A stretch of 64,000 bases of DNA from Eledone cirrhosa. Its lineage: Eukaryota. The stretch lies in contig OZ024756.1 in the NCBI GenBank assembly GCA_964016885.1, positions 10,850,001-10,914,000 on the forward strand, given 5' to 3'. The notes under the pieces were generated by a model, which was given only the letters and a program-made list of their open reading frames with translations, searched no databases and was not told where the DNA came from. The translations under genes and the position numbers were made by a program. Of the stretch, positions 14,425-27,245 are shown piece after piece. Numbering within the stretch: position 1 is the first letter of the stretch; the number at the start of each line of letters is the position of its first letter.

Positions 14425-15375
14425 ATAAAATAAAGTACCAGTTGATAAAGTACCAGTTGATAAAATAAAGTACCTGTTGATAAAATAAAGTACCAGTTGA
14501 TAAAATAAAGTATCAGTTGATAAAATAAAGTACCAGTTGATAAAATAAAGTACCAGTTGATAAAATAAAGTACCAATTGATAAAATAAAGTACCAGTTGA
14601 TAAAATAAAGTACCAGTTAATAAAATAAAGTACTGGTTAATAAAATAAAGTACCAATTGATAAAATAAAGTATCGGTTGATAAAATAAAGTATCAGTTAA
14701 TAAAATAAAGTACTGGTTAATAAAATAAAGTACCGGTTAATAAAATAAAGTACCAATTGATAAAATAAAGAACCGGTTAATAAAATAAAGTACTAGTTGA
14801 TAAAATAAAGTACCGGTTAATAGAATAAAGTACTAGTTAATAAAATAAAATAGCAGTTGATAAAATAAAGTACCAGTTAATAAAATAAAGTGCCAGTTGA
14901 TAAAATAAAGTGCCAGTTGATAAAATAAAGTACCAGTTGATAAAATAAAATACCAACTGATAAAATAAAGTACCGGTTAATAAAATAAAGTACTAGTTGA
15001 TAAAATAAAGTTCCTAGTTGATAAAATAAAGTAGCAGTTAATAAAATAAAGGACCAGTTAATAAAATAAAGTACTTGTTGATAAAATAAAGTTCCGAATT
15101 GATAAAATAAAGTAACAGTTGATAAAATAAAGTACCAGTTGATAAAATAAAGTACCAGTTGATAAAATAAAGTACCAGTTAATAAAATAAAGTATTGGTT
15201 AATAAAATAAAGTACCAGTTGATAAAATAAAGTACCAGTTGATAAAATAAAGTACCAGTTGATAAAATAAAGTACCAGTTGATAAAATAAAGTATTGGTT
15301 AATAAAATAAAGTACCAGTTGATAAAATAAAGTATCAGTTGATAAAATAAAGTACCAGTTGATAAAATAAAGTTC
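14425..15375 (+). repeat. 20-bp tandem array (TAAAATAAAGTACCAGTTGA)n, ~47 copies, derived from the SINE A core
   Basis: Array starts directly after a SINE A head/core (14330-14445), and the unit equals the SINE motif GATAAAATAAAGTACCAG. Confidence 0.92.
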
Positions 15376-15969
15376 CTAGTTCTCTCACTTTCTATCTTTC
15401 TCACCGCCTCCTTCAGTCTAAATCCTACCGAGGTCAACTTTGCATTTCATCCATTTGAGGTCGATAAAAAAAAGTACCAGTCAAGTTCTTCCTCTATACC
15501 TCTTCCTCACTTCCACCATCACACATTCTATCCTTCTCTGGGAGAAGTCTGCTGTATTCAAGCCTGGAAATGAGATGGGGTCTGCTAGACTTAAAAAGCC
15601 CTAAGAAATGCCATATATTAATACAAGGCCTCTATGACCCCATCAAGAGTTACAAGGGGAAAAAAAAATCAATATTTATTTAATATGGATGTGTTTGATA
15701 TTTATGACAATGTATTACATTTAAATTTGAGATCTATTGGTTTTCAAAAAGCCATCAAGTTAAAAACAAACATGTCAAAAATTAAATTTATAGCAGAGAG
15801 TTCAAAGTTCTGTTCAGTGGTGTTACTGATGAAAGAGATACATTTATAGGCATGTTTTTTGTTTAAGATAGTAAAATGATATATTGCATTAAATATTGGT
15901 AAAACGAGATAAAATAATGTTAAGTTTAGGATAAAAATTAGAAATTAAAAAAATCATAGTCCTATATAT

Positions 15970-16156
15970 AATTGTTTCTACTTTAGGCACAAGGCCAGCA
16001 ATTACCCAGTGCATTACTGGTACTTTATTTTATCGACCCCGTAAGGATGAAAGGCAAAGTCAACCTCGGCGTGATTTGAACTCAGATCGTAAAGGGACGT
16101 AACTATGCTGGAAAGCATGCCGTCCGACCCTCTACCGATACTGCCAATCCACCGCC
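15970..16156 (-). mobile_element. SINE family A, full length
   Basis: Same A/B boxes, core and tail as other copies. Confidence 0.88.
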
Positions 16157-16186
16157 CTATAGTCCTATATATAATATGATCTTATG

Positions 16187-16435
16187 AAGGCACATGGTTT
16201 AGTGGTTAGAGCATTGGGCTTGCATTCGAAAGTTCAATTCTCGGACCGGGTGATATGTTGTTTCCTTGAGCAAGACACTTTATTTCACATTGCTCCAGTT
16301 TACTCAGCTGTAGAAATGAGATGATAGGGACTGCAAAGTTGTCGTGGAGGTGACACTACTCACCACAGGACAACCCGTCTAACCCATGCTAGCGTGGAAG
16401 AACAGATGTAAAACAGTGATGATGATGATGATGAT
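16187..16435 (+). mobile_element. SINE family B (tRNA head + V-like domain + RTE-derived tail), internally deleted
   Basis: TGGTTTAGTGGTTAGAGC head, CCTTGAGCAAGACACTTTATT domain, ends AACCCATGCTAGCGTGGAAGAAC..(GAT)n like the RTE 3' end. Confidence 0.82.
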
Positions 16436-16634
16436 AAAGGTGGTGTATAACTAATCAGGAACATTCCTTTACTATCATTATCATCATCATCATCATTTTT
16501 TTACGGCTGTCTATACTGGTATGCGTTTGGAGGTTTTGAGATTTTGAAATAATGTTTTACAGCTGGATTTCCTTCCTCATGCCAAACCTTTTAGTTGCCA
16601 CTTACGATATACAGAGATACGGTGTATCTATACA

Positions 16635-16972
16635 TCATCATCATCATCATCATCACTGTTTAACATTCATTCTTCCACGCTAGCATGGGTCAGATGAATT
16701 GTCCCGTTGTGAGATAGTATAGGTCAGGTGACCATGTCTTGCTCATACAAAACTGATTTGAACTTGGTTTCTATGGCTGGATTGCCATTCCTAATGTCAA
16801 GCATATATACAATGTGTACTGGGTGCTTTTTGTTGTGACACCTACATGTCCCCTTTACAGTGTGTACTGGGTGCTTTTTGTTGTGACACCTACATGACCC
16901 CTTTACAGTGTGGACTGGGTGCTTTTTGTTGTGACACCCTCATGTCCCCTTTACAGTGTGTACTGGGTGATT
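16635..16972 (-). mobile_element. RTE-type 3' UTR fragment with ~48-bp internal tandem repeats
   Basis: TTCTTCCACGCTAGCATGGGT and (CAT)n match the reverse complement of the RTE 3' end at 44040-44103. Confidence 0.65.
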
Positions 16973-17142
16973 TTTATATATAACTAACAAATAGTTTATT
17001 GCTCTATATGGCTGAATACAATAAATGTAATCTGAGTTTTTCGAATATTAATAATAATATTTGATTCGTTTGCAATTATGCAAACAAGCCTCATTTTTAA
17101 AGCCATGTCAGTAGAATGAGCCCCTCATTCTTGCTCTTGTGT

Positions 17143-17223
17143 TTGGCATGTAAACAGAACTGCAGACACTAATGTTTCTGGGTGATTACCCTTCATCAGT
17201 ACAGTATACTGCTTACATGCCAA
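17143..17223 (-). ncRNA. Type I hammerhead ribozyme
   Basis: Minus strand: stem I ACUGUA/UGCAGU extended by CAG/CUG and UUGGCAUGUAA/UUACAUGCCAA; core CUGAUGA; stem II GGGU-AAUC-ACCC; GAA; stem III ACA-UUAG-UGU; GUC cleavage triplet (predicted cut between 17165 and 17164). Confidence 0.85.
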
Positions 17224-17499
17224 CTGTCAGAGCTAGTGAAAATATATGATATTTTCTAGAATATACAGAGACTGATCGGCCTGATTTGCATATTAACAGA
17301 CTGGTGATCAATCAGATCTGCATATTAGTAGACCCACTGATCAGCCAGATTTGCATATCAGCAGATAGGCCAGTCAGTCTCATGTATACAAGCAATTAAA
17401 TGGCTGGCTTTGCCATATTCAAATAACTAACAAATAGTTTTATCACTCTACATGGCTGAATACAATAAATGTAACCTTAGTGTTTTGAATATTAATAAT

Positions 17500-17686
17500 A
17501 ATTGTTTCTACTTTAGGCACAAGGCCAGCAATTACCCAGTACATTACTGGTACTTTATTTTATCGACCCCGTAAGGATGAAAGGCAAAGTTAACCTCGGC
17601 GGGATTTGAACTCAGACTGTAAAGGGACGTTACTATTCTAGAAAGCATGGCGTCCACCCCTCTAACGATACTGCCAATTCACCGCC
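17500..17686 (-). mobile_element. SINE family A inserted into the second direct repeat of the hammerhead unit
   Basis: Full SINE, with TTTTGAATA on both sides (possible TSD). Confidence 0.85.
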
Positions 17687-17759
17687 CTTTTGAATAATAT
17701 TTGATTTGTTTGCAATTATGCAAACAGCCTGTGTCTGTATATATTTATGTGTGTATGTA

Positions 17760-18750
17760 TGTTCTTCTGGTTTATAATTTCACAAATTTTTACCAATAGA
17801 GAGAGAGTCGGTTTCTAACATAGTTACAAGACTCTCTCATTGGAATTTACACAACATCAACTAGGTAGATATGTATGTATGTATGTATGCATGCATACAT
17901 GCATGTGTGTGTGCAGGTATGGATGTTATTGTATGTGTGGATGTGGATGTTTTGAGTTATATGTGTGTATGTGCATATGCTTTGTATCTGTACATGTGTA
18001 TATGCAGTTATTAGATGCAGAATTTTGGGAATGTTTTACATATTTTTACTGTTCCATTAATGGATTGTACTTGTAATTTCCTAACTAGTTGTGTTCTTTC
18101 TGTTCCTGTGAAGTTCAGCTTCTCAATATTTGTATTGAGGCAGTAACTAACATATCCCAGTGCCCCAATAATCACAGGTATAAATCTGAAGGTATTGTCA
18201 GGGTGGAGTATCTGCAGATTTCTCATCAGTTCTGCATAAATATTCTCCTTTTCGCTAATCTTTGATATTATATTGGCATCTGCAGGGCAGCTAATTTCCA
18301 CTACTGTGCATGCCTTCTTCTCCCTGTCCCATATCATTATATCTGTTCTGTTATGCCTGCATTTTATTGGGGTTTTTACTGGAACCTTCCACCAGTACTC
18401 TTTCATATTATGTACATGGATGTCTTCCACATTGCTGTAGCTTTTAATGTGTTTATTATCGGGGCTATCTTTTTTATGAACTGCATTGTACAATGTTTTG
18501 GCCACTACATCATGCCTCATAGGTAGATAGTACCGCGATGACATCTTTGGACAGCTGCTTATGACATGAGTGACATCTTCGATGTTAATTCTGCAGAATC
18601 TGCACTTGTCACATCTAGGTGCTTTGCCTGCATCCCTATCTCTTTTGTGAATCAGGTATTTTGTGTTGATTTCCTGTTCTTGGATTGCAAAAGCGTATCC
18701 TTTAAAATGGGAGCCAATATAGCGGTTGTTGGTCCAAGATAGACTACTTT
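17760..18750 (-). mobile_element. 5'-truncated RLE-type non-LTR element (second R4/NeSL-like family)
   Basis: CRFCRINIEDVTHVISSC knuckle, MRHD and HNRTDIMIWDREKKACTVVEISCP RLE motif (ORF 18011-18544). 3' end abuts (CATA)/(CA) repeats. Confidence 0.82.
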
Positions 18751-18829
18751 ACTTGTTGTTAAAATGTCAGTACAATTTATGTAATGTATAAGATTATGTA
18801 GTCATATATATATATATATATATGTATGT

Positions 18830-19642
18830 AAAAGGTAAACAGAAATAACAACACAATCGGTACAGTATATGGAAGGGATATATTAGGTTAATGCTTGATA
18901 TAGCAGGAGGAGGGTCTTAACTTTTAGGATGCTAGTCCTTCATCAGAAGAAAGATTGAGAAATAAGATATATTGAGGGGACGGGCGGGTTGGAATTGGGA
19001 AAAATGTCTTTAGATAAAAATAACAGGTCCATTCATGTTGACATCTCTTGCAAAACTGTTGGTGCTGGCGTTTTGTGTATGATTTATTTTTTAGAAAAGT
19101 GGATGATGGAGCGCGTCTACCTGAAATGGAAAAAAAAAACGTTTTGTAAAAAGAGCTATACTTGTTCACGTGCATAAGCGTGTGCATGTGTGTTATTATA
19201 TGTCAGTACGAAGCTAAGTAGAAATGTGTGTGTATATGTGAGTAAAAGAGTGTGTGTGCATGTAAGTACGAAGCTATGAGCAAAAGTATGTTAATATAAG
19301 GGTGTGTATACAGAGCAGTGAAGGGAAAAGTGGAGTGAGCATATATAGCCGGCCTGTATTAGTTGTAAGAGAAGATGTTAATGATCAAGAGAAAGTGATA
19401 GGAATCTAGGGGTGTGATAATGGACCTGGTATTAGAGAAATTGGGGAGGTGAGTTGAGTCCAAGAGGGGAATCAGACCCAAGGCGGTGAATCAGACTTTG
19501 TTCAGTCCTGGTGCGCAAGGCCTGTGATCCAGGATGTAAAAGGACACCCAGGACTGAAACATGTAGGGAAGAATGACCAGGAGAACAGAAATGACGGGCA
19601 ACAGGAGTATCCAAACCAGGTTGTATGGCCCTCATGGATGAC
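18830..19642 (-). mobile_element. PLE 3' fragment (Neptune-like GIY-YIG C-terminus + 3' UTR with degenerate hammerhead core)
   Basis: PVARHFCSPGHS..VLG..R..EQSLIHRL....PLGLN is typical of a PLE endonuclease end. CUGAUGA-AGGA..UCCU-(A)AAA at ~18921-18946. Confidence 0.72.
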
Positions 19643-19772
19643 AATATGTATATATTTATGTATGTATTATGAATGTATTTATGTATATATATATATGTGG
19701 TCATTGACCATGTATATCATCATCATCATCATCATCATTTTACGTCCCCTTTTTTCCTACTTGCAAGGGTGG

Positions 19773-19775
<3 letters not shown>

Positions 19776-19821
<46 letters not shown>

Positions 19822-20156
19822 ATGTATATATGTGTGTGTGTGTGTGTGTATATATGTGTGTGTGTATGTATATATGTGTGAGTGTGTGTGTATGTGTGTG
19901 TCCATGTGTATATGTATGTATGTATGTATACATGTATGTATATATAAGTATGTATATATGTATGCATATATATGTATGTATATATGTGTGTATATACGTT
20001 TGTATGTATATATGTATGTGTGTGTGTATGTATGTATGTGTGTGTATTATGTGTATGTATGTATGTGTGTATATATGTATGGATGTATGTGTGTGTGTGT
20101 ATTATGTGTGTGTATATATGTGTGTATATATGTATGTATGTGTGTATGTATGTATG
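19776..20156. repeat. (TA)/(TG)/(TATG) compound microsatellite
   Basis: Direct inspection. Confidence 0.95.
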
Positions 20157-20223
20157 GACCTGTAACTACTGATGGAGTCGTAGGGGTGCCATAGTGGCAT
20201 TTCTTGAGTATTTGAAACCTGGT

Positions 20224-23200
20224 GGAGCCCACCCCTTTCTAGGTGTGAACACATCTGATATCTTCGGAGCCCACCCCTTCTCTAGGTGTGAACACATCTG
20301 ATATCTTCAGAGCCCACCCCTTCTCTAGGTGTGAACACATCTGATATCTTCAGAGCCCACCCCTTTCTAGGTGTGAACACATCTGATATCTTCAGAGCCC
20401 ACCCCTTTCTAGGTGTGAACACATCTGATATCTTCAGAGCCCACCCCTTTCTAGGTGTGAACACAGCTGATACCTTTGGAGCTGACCCCTTCTCTAGGTG
20501 TGAACACATCTGATATCTTCAGAGCCCACCCCTTCTCTAGCTGTGAACACAGCTGATATCTTCAGAGCCCACCCCTTCTCTAGGTGTTAACACAGCTGAT
20601 ATCTTCAGAGCCCACCCCTTCTCTAGGTGTGACACATCTGATATCTTCGGAGCCCACCCCCTTTCTAGCTGTGAACACAGCTGATATCTTCGGAGCCCAC
20701 CCCTTCTCTAGGTGTGAACACAGCTGATATCTTCGGAGCCCACCCCTTCTCTACGTGTCAACACAGCTGATATCTTCGGAGCCCACCCCTTCTCTACGTG
20801 TCAACACAGCTGATATCTTCGGAGCCCACTCCTTCTCTAGGTGTCAACACATCTGATATCTTCAGAACCCACCCCTTCTCTAGGTGTCAACACATCTGAT
20901 ATCTTCAGAACCCACTCCTTTCTAGGTGTCAACACAGCTGATATCTTCGGAGGAGCCCACCCCTTCTCTAGCTGTGAACACAGCTGATATCTTCGGAGCC
21001 CACCCCTTTCTAGGTGTCAACACAGCTGATATCTTTGGAGCCCACCCCTTCTCTAGCTGTGAACACAGATGATACCTTCGGAGCCCACCCCTTCTCTAGG
21101 TGTTAACACAGCTGATATCTTCAGAGCCCACCCCTTCTCTAGGTGTTAACACAGCTGATATCTTCAGAGCCCACCCCTTCTCTAGCTGTGAACACAGCTG
21201 ATATCTTCGGAGCCCACCCCTTTCTAACTGTCAACACAGCTGATATCTTCGGAGCCCACACCTTTCTAGGTGTGAACACAGCTGATATCTTCGGAGCCCA
21301 CCCCTTTCTAGGTGTGAACACAGCTGATATCTTCAGAGCCCACCCCTTTCTAGGTGTCAACACAGCTGATATCTTCGGAGCCCACCCCTTCTCTATCTGT
21401 GAACACAGCTGATATCTTCGGAGCCCACCCCTTCTCTAGGTGTCAACACAGCTGATATCTTCGGAGCCCACCCCTTTTCTAGGTGTCAACACAGCTGATA
21501 TCTTCGGAGCCCACCCCTTTCTAGGTGTCAACACAGCTGATATCTTCAGAGACCACCCCTTCTCTAGCTGTGAACACAGCTGATATCTTCGGAACCCACC
21601 CCTTCTCTAGCTGTGAACACAGCTGATATCTTCGGAGCCCACCCCTTCTCTAGGTGTGAACACATCTGATATCTTCAGAGCCCACCCCTTCTCTAGGTGT
21701 GAACACATCTGATATATTCAGAGCCCACCCCTTTCTAGGTGTGAACACAGCTAATACTTTCGGAGCCCACCCCTTCTCTAGGTGTGAACACATCTGATAT
21801 CTTCAGAGCCCACCCCTTCTCTAGCTGTGAACACAGCTGATACCTTCGGAGCCCACCCCTTTCTAGGTGAGAACACAGCTGATAACTTCAGAGCCCACCC
21901 CTTCTCTAGCTGTGAACACAGCTGATACCTTCGGAGCCCACCCCTTTCTAGGTGAGAACACAGCTGATATCTTCGGAGCCCACCCCTTTCTAGCTGTGAA
22001 CACAGATGATATCTTCGGAGCCCACCCCCTTTCTAGGTGTGAACACAGCTGATATCGTCGGAGCACACCCCTTCTCTACGTGTCAACACAGCTGATATCT
22101 TCGGAGCCCACTCCTTCTCTAGGTGTCAACACATCTGATATCTTCAGAACCCACCCCTTCTCTAGGTGTCAACACAGCTGATATCTTCAGAGCCCACCCC
22201 TCTCTAGCTGTGAACACATCTGATATCTTCGGAGCCCACCCCTTTCTAGGTGTGAACACAGCTGATATCTTCGGAGCCCACCCCTTTCTAGGTGTGAACA
22301 CAGCTGATATCTTCAGAGCCCACCCCTTTCTAGGTGTCAACACAGCTGATATCTTCGGAGCCCACCCCTTCTCTAGCTGTGAACACAGCTGATATCTTCG
22401 GAGCCCACCCCTTTCTAGCTGTCAAACCAGCTGATATCTTCGGAGCCCACCCCTTTCTAGCTGTCAACACAGCTGATATCTTCGGAGCCCACCCTTTTCT
22501 AGGTGTGAACACAGCTGATATCTTCGGAGCCCACCCCTTCTCTAGGTGTCAACACAGCTGATATCTTCAGAGCCCACCCCTTCTCTAGCTGTGAACACAG
22601 CTGATATCTTCGGAGCCCACCCCTTCTCTACGTGTCAACACAGCTGATATCTTCGGAGCCCACTCCTTCTCTAGGTGTCAACACATCTGATATCTTCAGA
22701 ACCCACCCCTTCTCTAGGTGTCAACACAGCTGATATCTTCAGAGCTACCCCTCTCTAGCTGTGAACATATCTGATATCTTCGGAGCCCACCCCTTCTCTA
22801 GGTGTCAACACAGCTGATATCTTCGGAGCCCACCCCTTCTCTAGCTGTGAACACAGCTGATATCTTCGGAGCCCACCCCTTTCTAACTGTCAACACAGCT
22901 GATATCTTCGGAGCCCACCCCTTTCTAGGTGTGAACACAGCTGATATCTTCGGAGCCCACCCCTTTCTAGGTGTGAACACAGCTGATATCTTCAGAGCCC
23001 ACCCCTTTCTAGGTGTCAACACAGCTGATATCTTCGGAGCCCACCCCTTCTCTAGCTGTGAACACAGCTGATATCTTCGGAGCCCACCCCTTTCTAGCTG
23101 TCAAACCAGCTGATATCTTCGGAGCCCACCCCTTTCTAGCTGTCAACACAGCTGATATCTTCGGAGCCCACCCTTTTCTAGGTGTGAACACAGCTGATAT

Positions 23201-25801
23201 CTTCGGAGCCCACCCCTTCTCTAGGTGTCAACACAGCTGATATCTTCAGAGCCCACCCCTTCTCTAGCTGTGAACACAGCTGATATCTTCGGAGCCCACC
23301 CCTTCTCTAGGTGTCAACACAGCTGATATCTTCGGAGCCCACCCCTTTCTAGGTGTCAACACAGCTGATATCTTCAGAGACCACCCCTTCTCTAGCTGTC
23401 AACACAGCTGATATCTTCGGAACCCACCCCTTCTCTAGGCGTCAACACAGCTGATATCTTCGGAGCCCACCCCTTCTCTAGCTGTGAACACAGCTGATAT
23501 ATTTGGAGCCCACCCCTTCTCTAGGTGTCAACACAGCTGATATCTTCGGAGCCCACCCCTTCTCTAGGTGTCAACACATCTGATATCTTCGGAGCCCACC
23601 CCTTTCTAGGTGTGAACACAGCTGATATCTTCGGAGCCCACCCCTTTCTAGGTGTCAACACAGCTGATATCTTCGGAGCCCACCCCTTCTCTAGGTGTCA
23701 ACACATCTGATATCTTCGGAGCCCACCCCTTCTCTAGGTGTCAACACAGCTGATATCTTCGGAGCCCACCCCTTCTCTATCTGTGAACACAGCTGATATA
23801 TTTGGAGCCCACTCCTTCTCTAGGTGTCAACACATCTGATATCTTCGGAGCCCACCCCTTTCTAGGTATGAACAAAGCTGATATCTTCGGAGCCCACCCC
23901 TTTCTAGGTGTCAACACAGCTGATATCTTCGGAGCCCACCCCTTCTCTAGGTGTCAACACATCTGATATCTTCGGAGCCCACCCCTTCTCTAGGTGTCAA
24001 CACAGCTGATATCTTCGGAGCCCACTCCTTCTCTAGGTGTCAACACATCTGATATCTTCGGAGCCCACCCCTTCTCTAGGTGTGAACACATCTGATATCT
24101 TCGGAGCCCACCCCTTTCTAGGTATGAACAAAGCTGATATCTTCGGAGCCCACCCCTTTCTAGGTGTGAACACAGCTGATATCTTCGGAGCCCACCCCTT
24201 TCTAGGTGTGAACACAGCTGATATCTTCAGAGCCCACCCCTTTCTAGGTGTCAACACAGCTGATATCTTCGGAGCCCACCCCTTCTCTAGCTGTGAACAC
24301 AGCTGATATCTTCGGAGCCCACCCCTTTCTAGCTGTCAAACCAGCTGATATCTTCGGAGCCCACCCCTTTCTAGCTGTCAACACAGCTGATATCTTCGGA
24401 GCCCACCCTTTTCTAGGTGTGAACACAGCTGATATCTTCGGAGCCCACCCCTTCTCTAGGTGTCAACACAGCTGATATCTTCAGAGCCCACCCCTTCTCT
24501 AGCTGTGAACACAGCTGATATCTTCGGAGCCCACCCCTTCTCTAGGTGTCAACACAGCTGATATCTTCAGAGACCACCCCTTCTCTAGCTGTCAACACAG
24601 CTGATATCTTCGGAACCCACCCCTTCTCTAGGCGTCAACACAGCTGATATCTTCGGAGCCCACCCCTTCTCTAGCTGTGAACACAGCTGATATATTTGGA
24701 GCCCACCCCTTCTCTAGGTGTCAACACAGCTGATATCTTCGGAGCCCACCCCTTCTCTAGGTGTCAACACATCTGATATCTTCGGAGCCCACCCCTTTCT
24801 AGGTGTGAACACAGCTGATATCTTCGGAGCCCACCCCTTTCTAGGTGTCAACACAGCTGATATCTTCGGAGCCCACCCCTTCTCTAGGTGTCAACACATC
24901 TGATATCTTCGGAGCCCACCCCTTCTCTAGGTGTCAACACAGCTGATATCTTCGGAGCCCACCCCTTCTCTAGCTGTGAACACAGCTGATATATTTGGAG
25001 CCCACTCCTTCTCTAGGTGTCAACACATCTGATATCTTCGGAGCCCACCCCTTTCTAGGTATGAACAAAGCTGATATCTTCGGAGCCCACCCCTTTCTAG
25101 GTGTCAACACAGCTGATATCTTCGGAGCCCACCCCTTCTCTAGGTGTCAACACATCTGATATCTTCGGAGCCCACCCCTTCTCTAGGTGTCAACACAGCT
25201 GATATCTTCGGAGCCCACTCCTTCTCTAGGTGTCAACACATCTGATATCTTCGGAGCCCACCCCTTCTCTAGGTGTGAACACATCTGATATCTTCGGAGC
25301 CCACCCCTTTCTAGGTATGAACAAAGCTGATATCTTCGGAGCCCCCCCCTTTCTAGGTGTCAACACAGCTGATATCTTCGGAGTCCACTTCTCTCTAGGT
25401 GTGAACACAGCTGATATCTTCGGAGTCCACCCCTTCTCTAGGTGTGAACACATCTGATATCTTCGGAGCCCACCCCTTTCTAGGTATGAACAAAGCTGAT
25501 ATCTTCGGAGCCCACCCCTTTCTAGGTGTCAACACAGCTGATATCTTCGGAGTCCACTTCTCTCTAGGTGTCAACACATCTGATATCTTCGGAGCCCACC
25601 CCTTCTCTAGGTGTGAACACAGCTGATATCTTCGGAGCCCACCCCTTTCTAGGTATGAACACATCTGATATCTTCGGATCCCACCCCTTTCTTGGTGTGA
25701 ACACAGCTGATATCTTCGGAGCCCACCCCTCTCTAGGTGTCAACACATCTGATATCTTCGGAGCCCACCCCTTTCTAGGTGTCAACACAGCTGATATCTT
25801 C
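20224..25801. repeat. 42/43-bp satellite (CTAGGTGTGAACACAGCTGATATCTTCGGAGCCCACCCCTTT), ~130 copies
   Basis: Contiguous units without spacers, with recurring variant blocks. Confidence 0.97.
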
Positions 25802-25839
25802 CAGAGAAGGCTAGAGAAAGAGGAAGTGAGAAAGGAAAA

Positions 25840-25993
25840 ATCAACCCCCAGTATTTGACTGGTACTTTTTTTCATTGACTTCAGAAGGATGACAGGTAAA
25901 GTGGACCATGGCCAGATTTGAACTCACAACACAGAGAACCAGAAGGAAAACTGCAAAACATTCTGTCAGACGTTCTAACAACTCTGCCAAGTT
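25840..25993 (-). mobile_element. Diverged SINE A-related copy
   Basis: Minus strand TTGGCAGAGTTGTTAGAA...GAGTTCAAATCTGGCC..CTTTACCTGTCATCCTTC..AAGTACCAGTCAA. Confidence 0.65.
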
Positions 25994-26039
25994 ACCATCT
26001 TTATGTAGATACCGAAGAAGAAATATAGAAAAAACGGGG

Positions 26040-27245
26040 GGGGGGGGAGGATATAGGGAAGAAAGAGAGGAGGGTAATAAGGAAGGAAAACGAGTAATAA
26101 AGAAGAAAAAAGGGGGTAATAAGGAAGGAAAGGGGGGGATAAGGAAAAAAGAGAGGAGGGTAATAAGGAAGGAAAACGAGTAATAAGGAAGAAAAGAGGG
26201 GGTAATAAGGAAGGAAAGGGGGGGATAAGGAAGAAAGAGAGGAGGGTAATAAGGAAGAAAAAAGGGGGTAATAAGGAAGGAAAGGGGGGATAAGGAAGAA
26301 AGAGAGGGGGTAATAAGGAAGGAAAACGAGTAATAAGGAATAAAAAAGGGCAGTAATAAGGAAGGAAATGAGGGGATAAGGAAGAAAGAGAGGGGGTAAT
26401 AAGGAAGGAAAACGAGTAATAAGGAAGAAAAAAGGGGGTAATAAGGAAGGAAAGGGGGGGATAGGGAAGAAAGAGAGGGGGGTAATAAGGAAGGAAAACG
26501 AGTAATAAGGAAGAAAAAAGGAGGTAATAAGGAAGGAAAGAGGGGATAAGGAAGAAAGAGAGGAGGGTAATAAGGAAGGAAAACGAGTAATAAGGAAGAC
26601 AAAAGGGGGTAATAAGGAAGGAAAGGGGGAATAAGGAAGAAAGAGAGGGGGTAATAAGGAAGGAAAGGGGGGGATAAGGAAGAAAGAGAGGGGCTAATAA
26701 GGAAGGTAAACGAGTAATAAGGAAGAAAAAAGGGGGTAATAAGGAAGGAAAGGGGGGGATAAGGAAGAAAGAGAGGAGGGTAATAAGGAAGGAAAACGAG
26801 TAATAAGGAAGAAAAAAGGGGGTAATAAGGAAGGAAAGGGGGGGATAAGGAAGAAAGAGAGGGGGTAATAAGGAAGGTAAACGGGTAATAAGGAAGAAAA
26901 AAGGGGGTAATAAGGAAGGAAAGGAGGGATAAGGAAGAAAGAGAGGAGGGTAATAAGGAAGGTAAACGAGTAATAAGGAAGAAAAAAGGGGGTAATAAGG
27001 AAGGAAAGGGGGGATAAGGAAGAAAGAGAGGGGATAATAAGGAAGAAAAAGGGGGATGATAAGGAAGAAAGGGGGTAATAAGGAGGGAAAGAGGGGGATA
27101 ATAAGGAAGAAAAGGGGGGGTAAGAAGGAAGAAAAGAGGAGGGGTAATAAGGAAGAAAGGGGGTAATAGGGAAGAAAGGGGGATAATAAGGAAGAAAGAG
27201 GGGGTGGTTATAAGGAAGAAAATGGGGTGGGGTTATAGTAAAGAA
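26040..27245. repeat. Polypurine minisatellite (~20-bp units, GGGGGTAATAAGGAAGGAAA variants)
   Basis: Direct inspection. Confidence 0.93.

Noticed and set aside
20224-25801. CRISPR array
   Set aside because: Units are contiguous with no unique spacers, there are no cas genes, and the context is eukaryotic.
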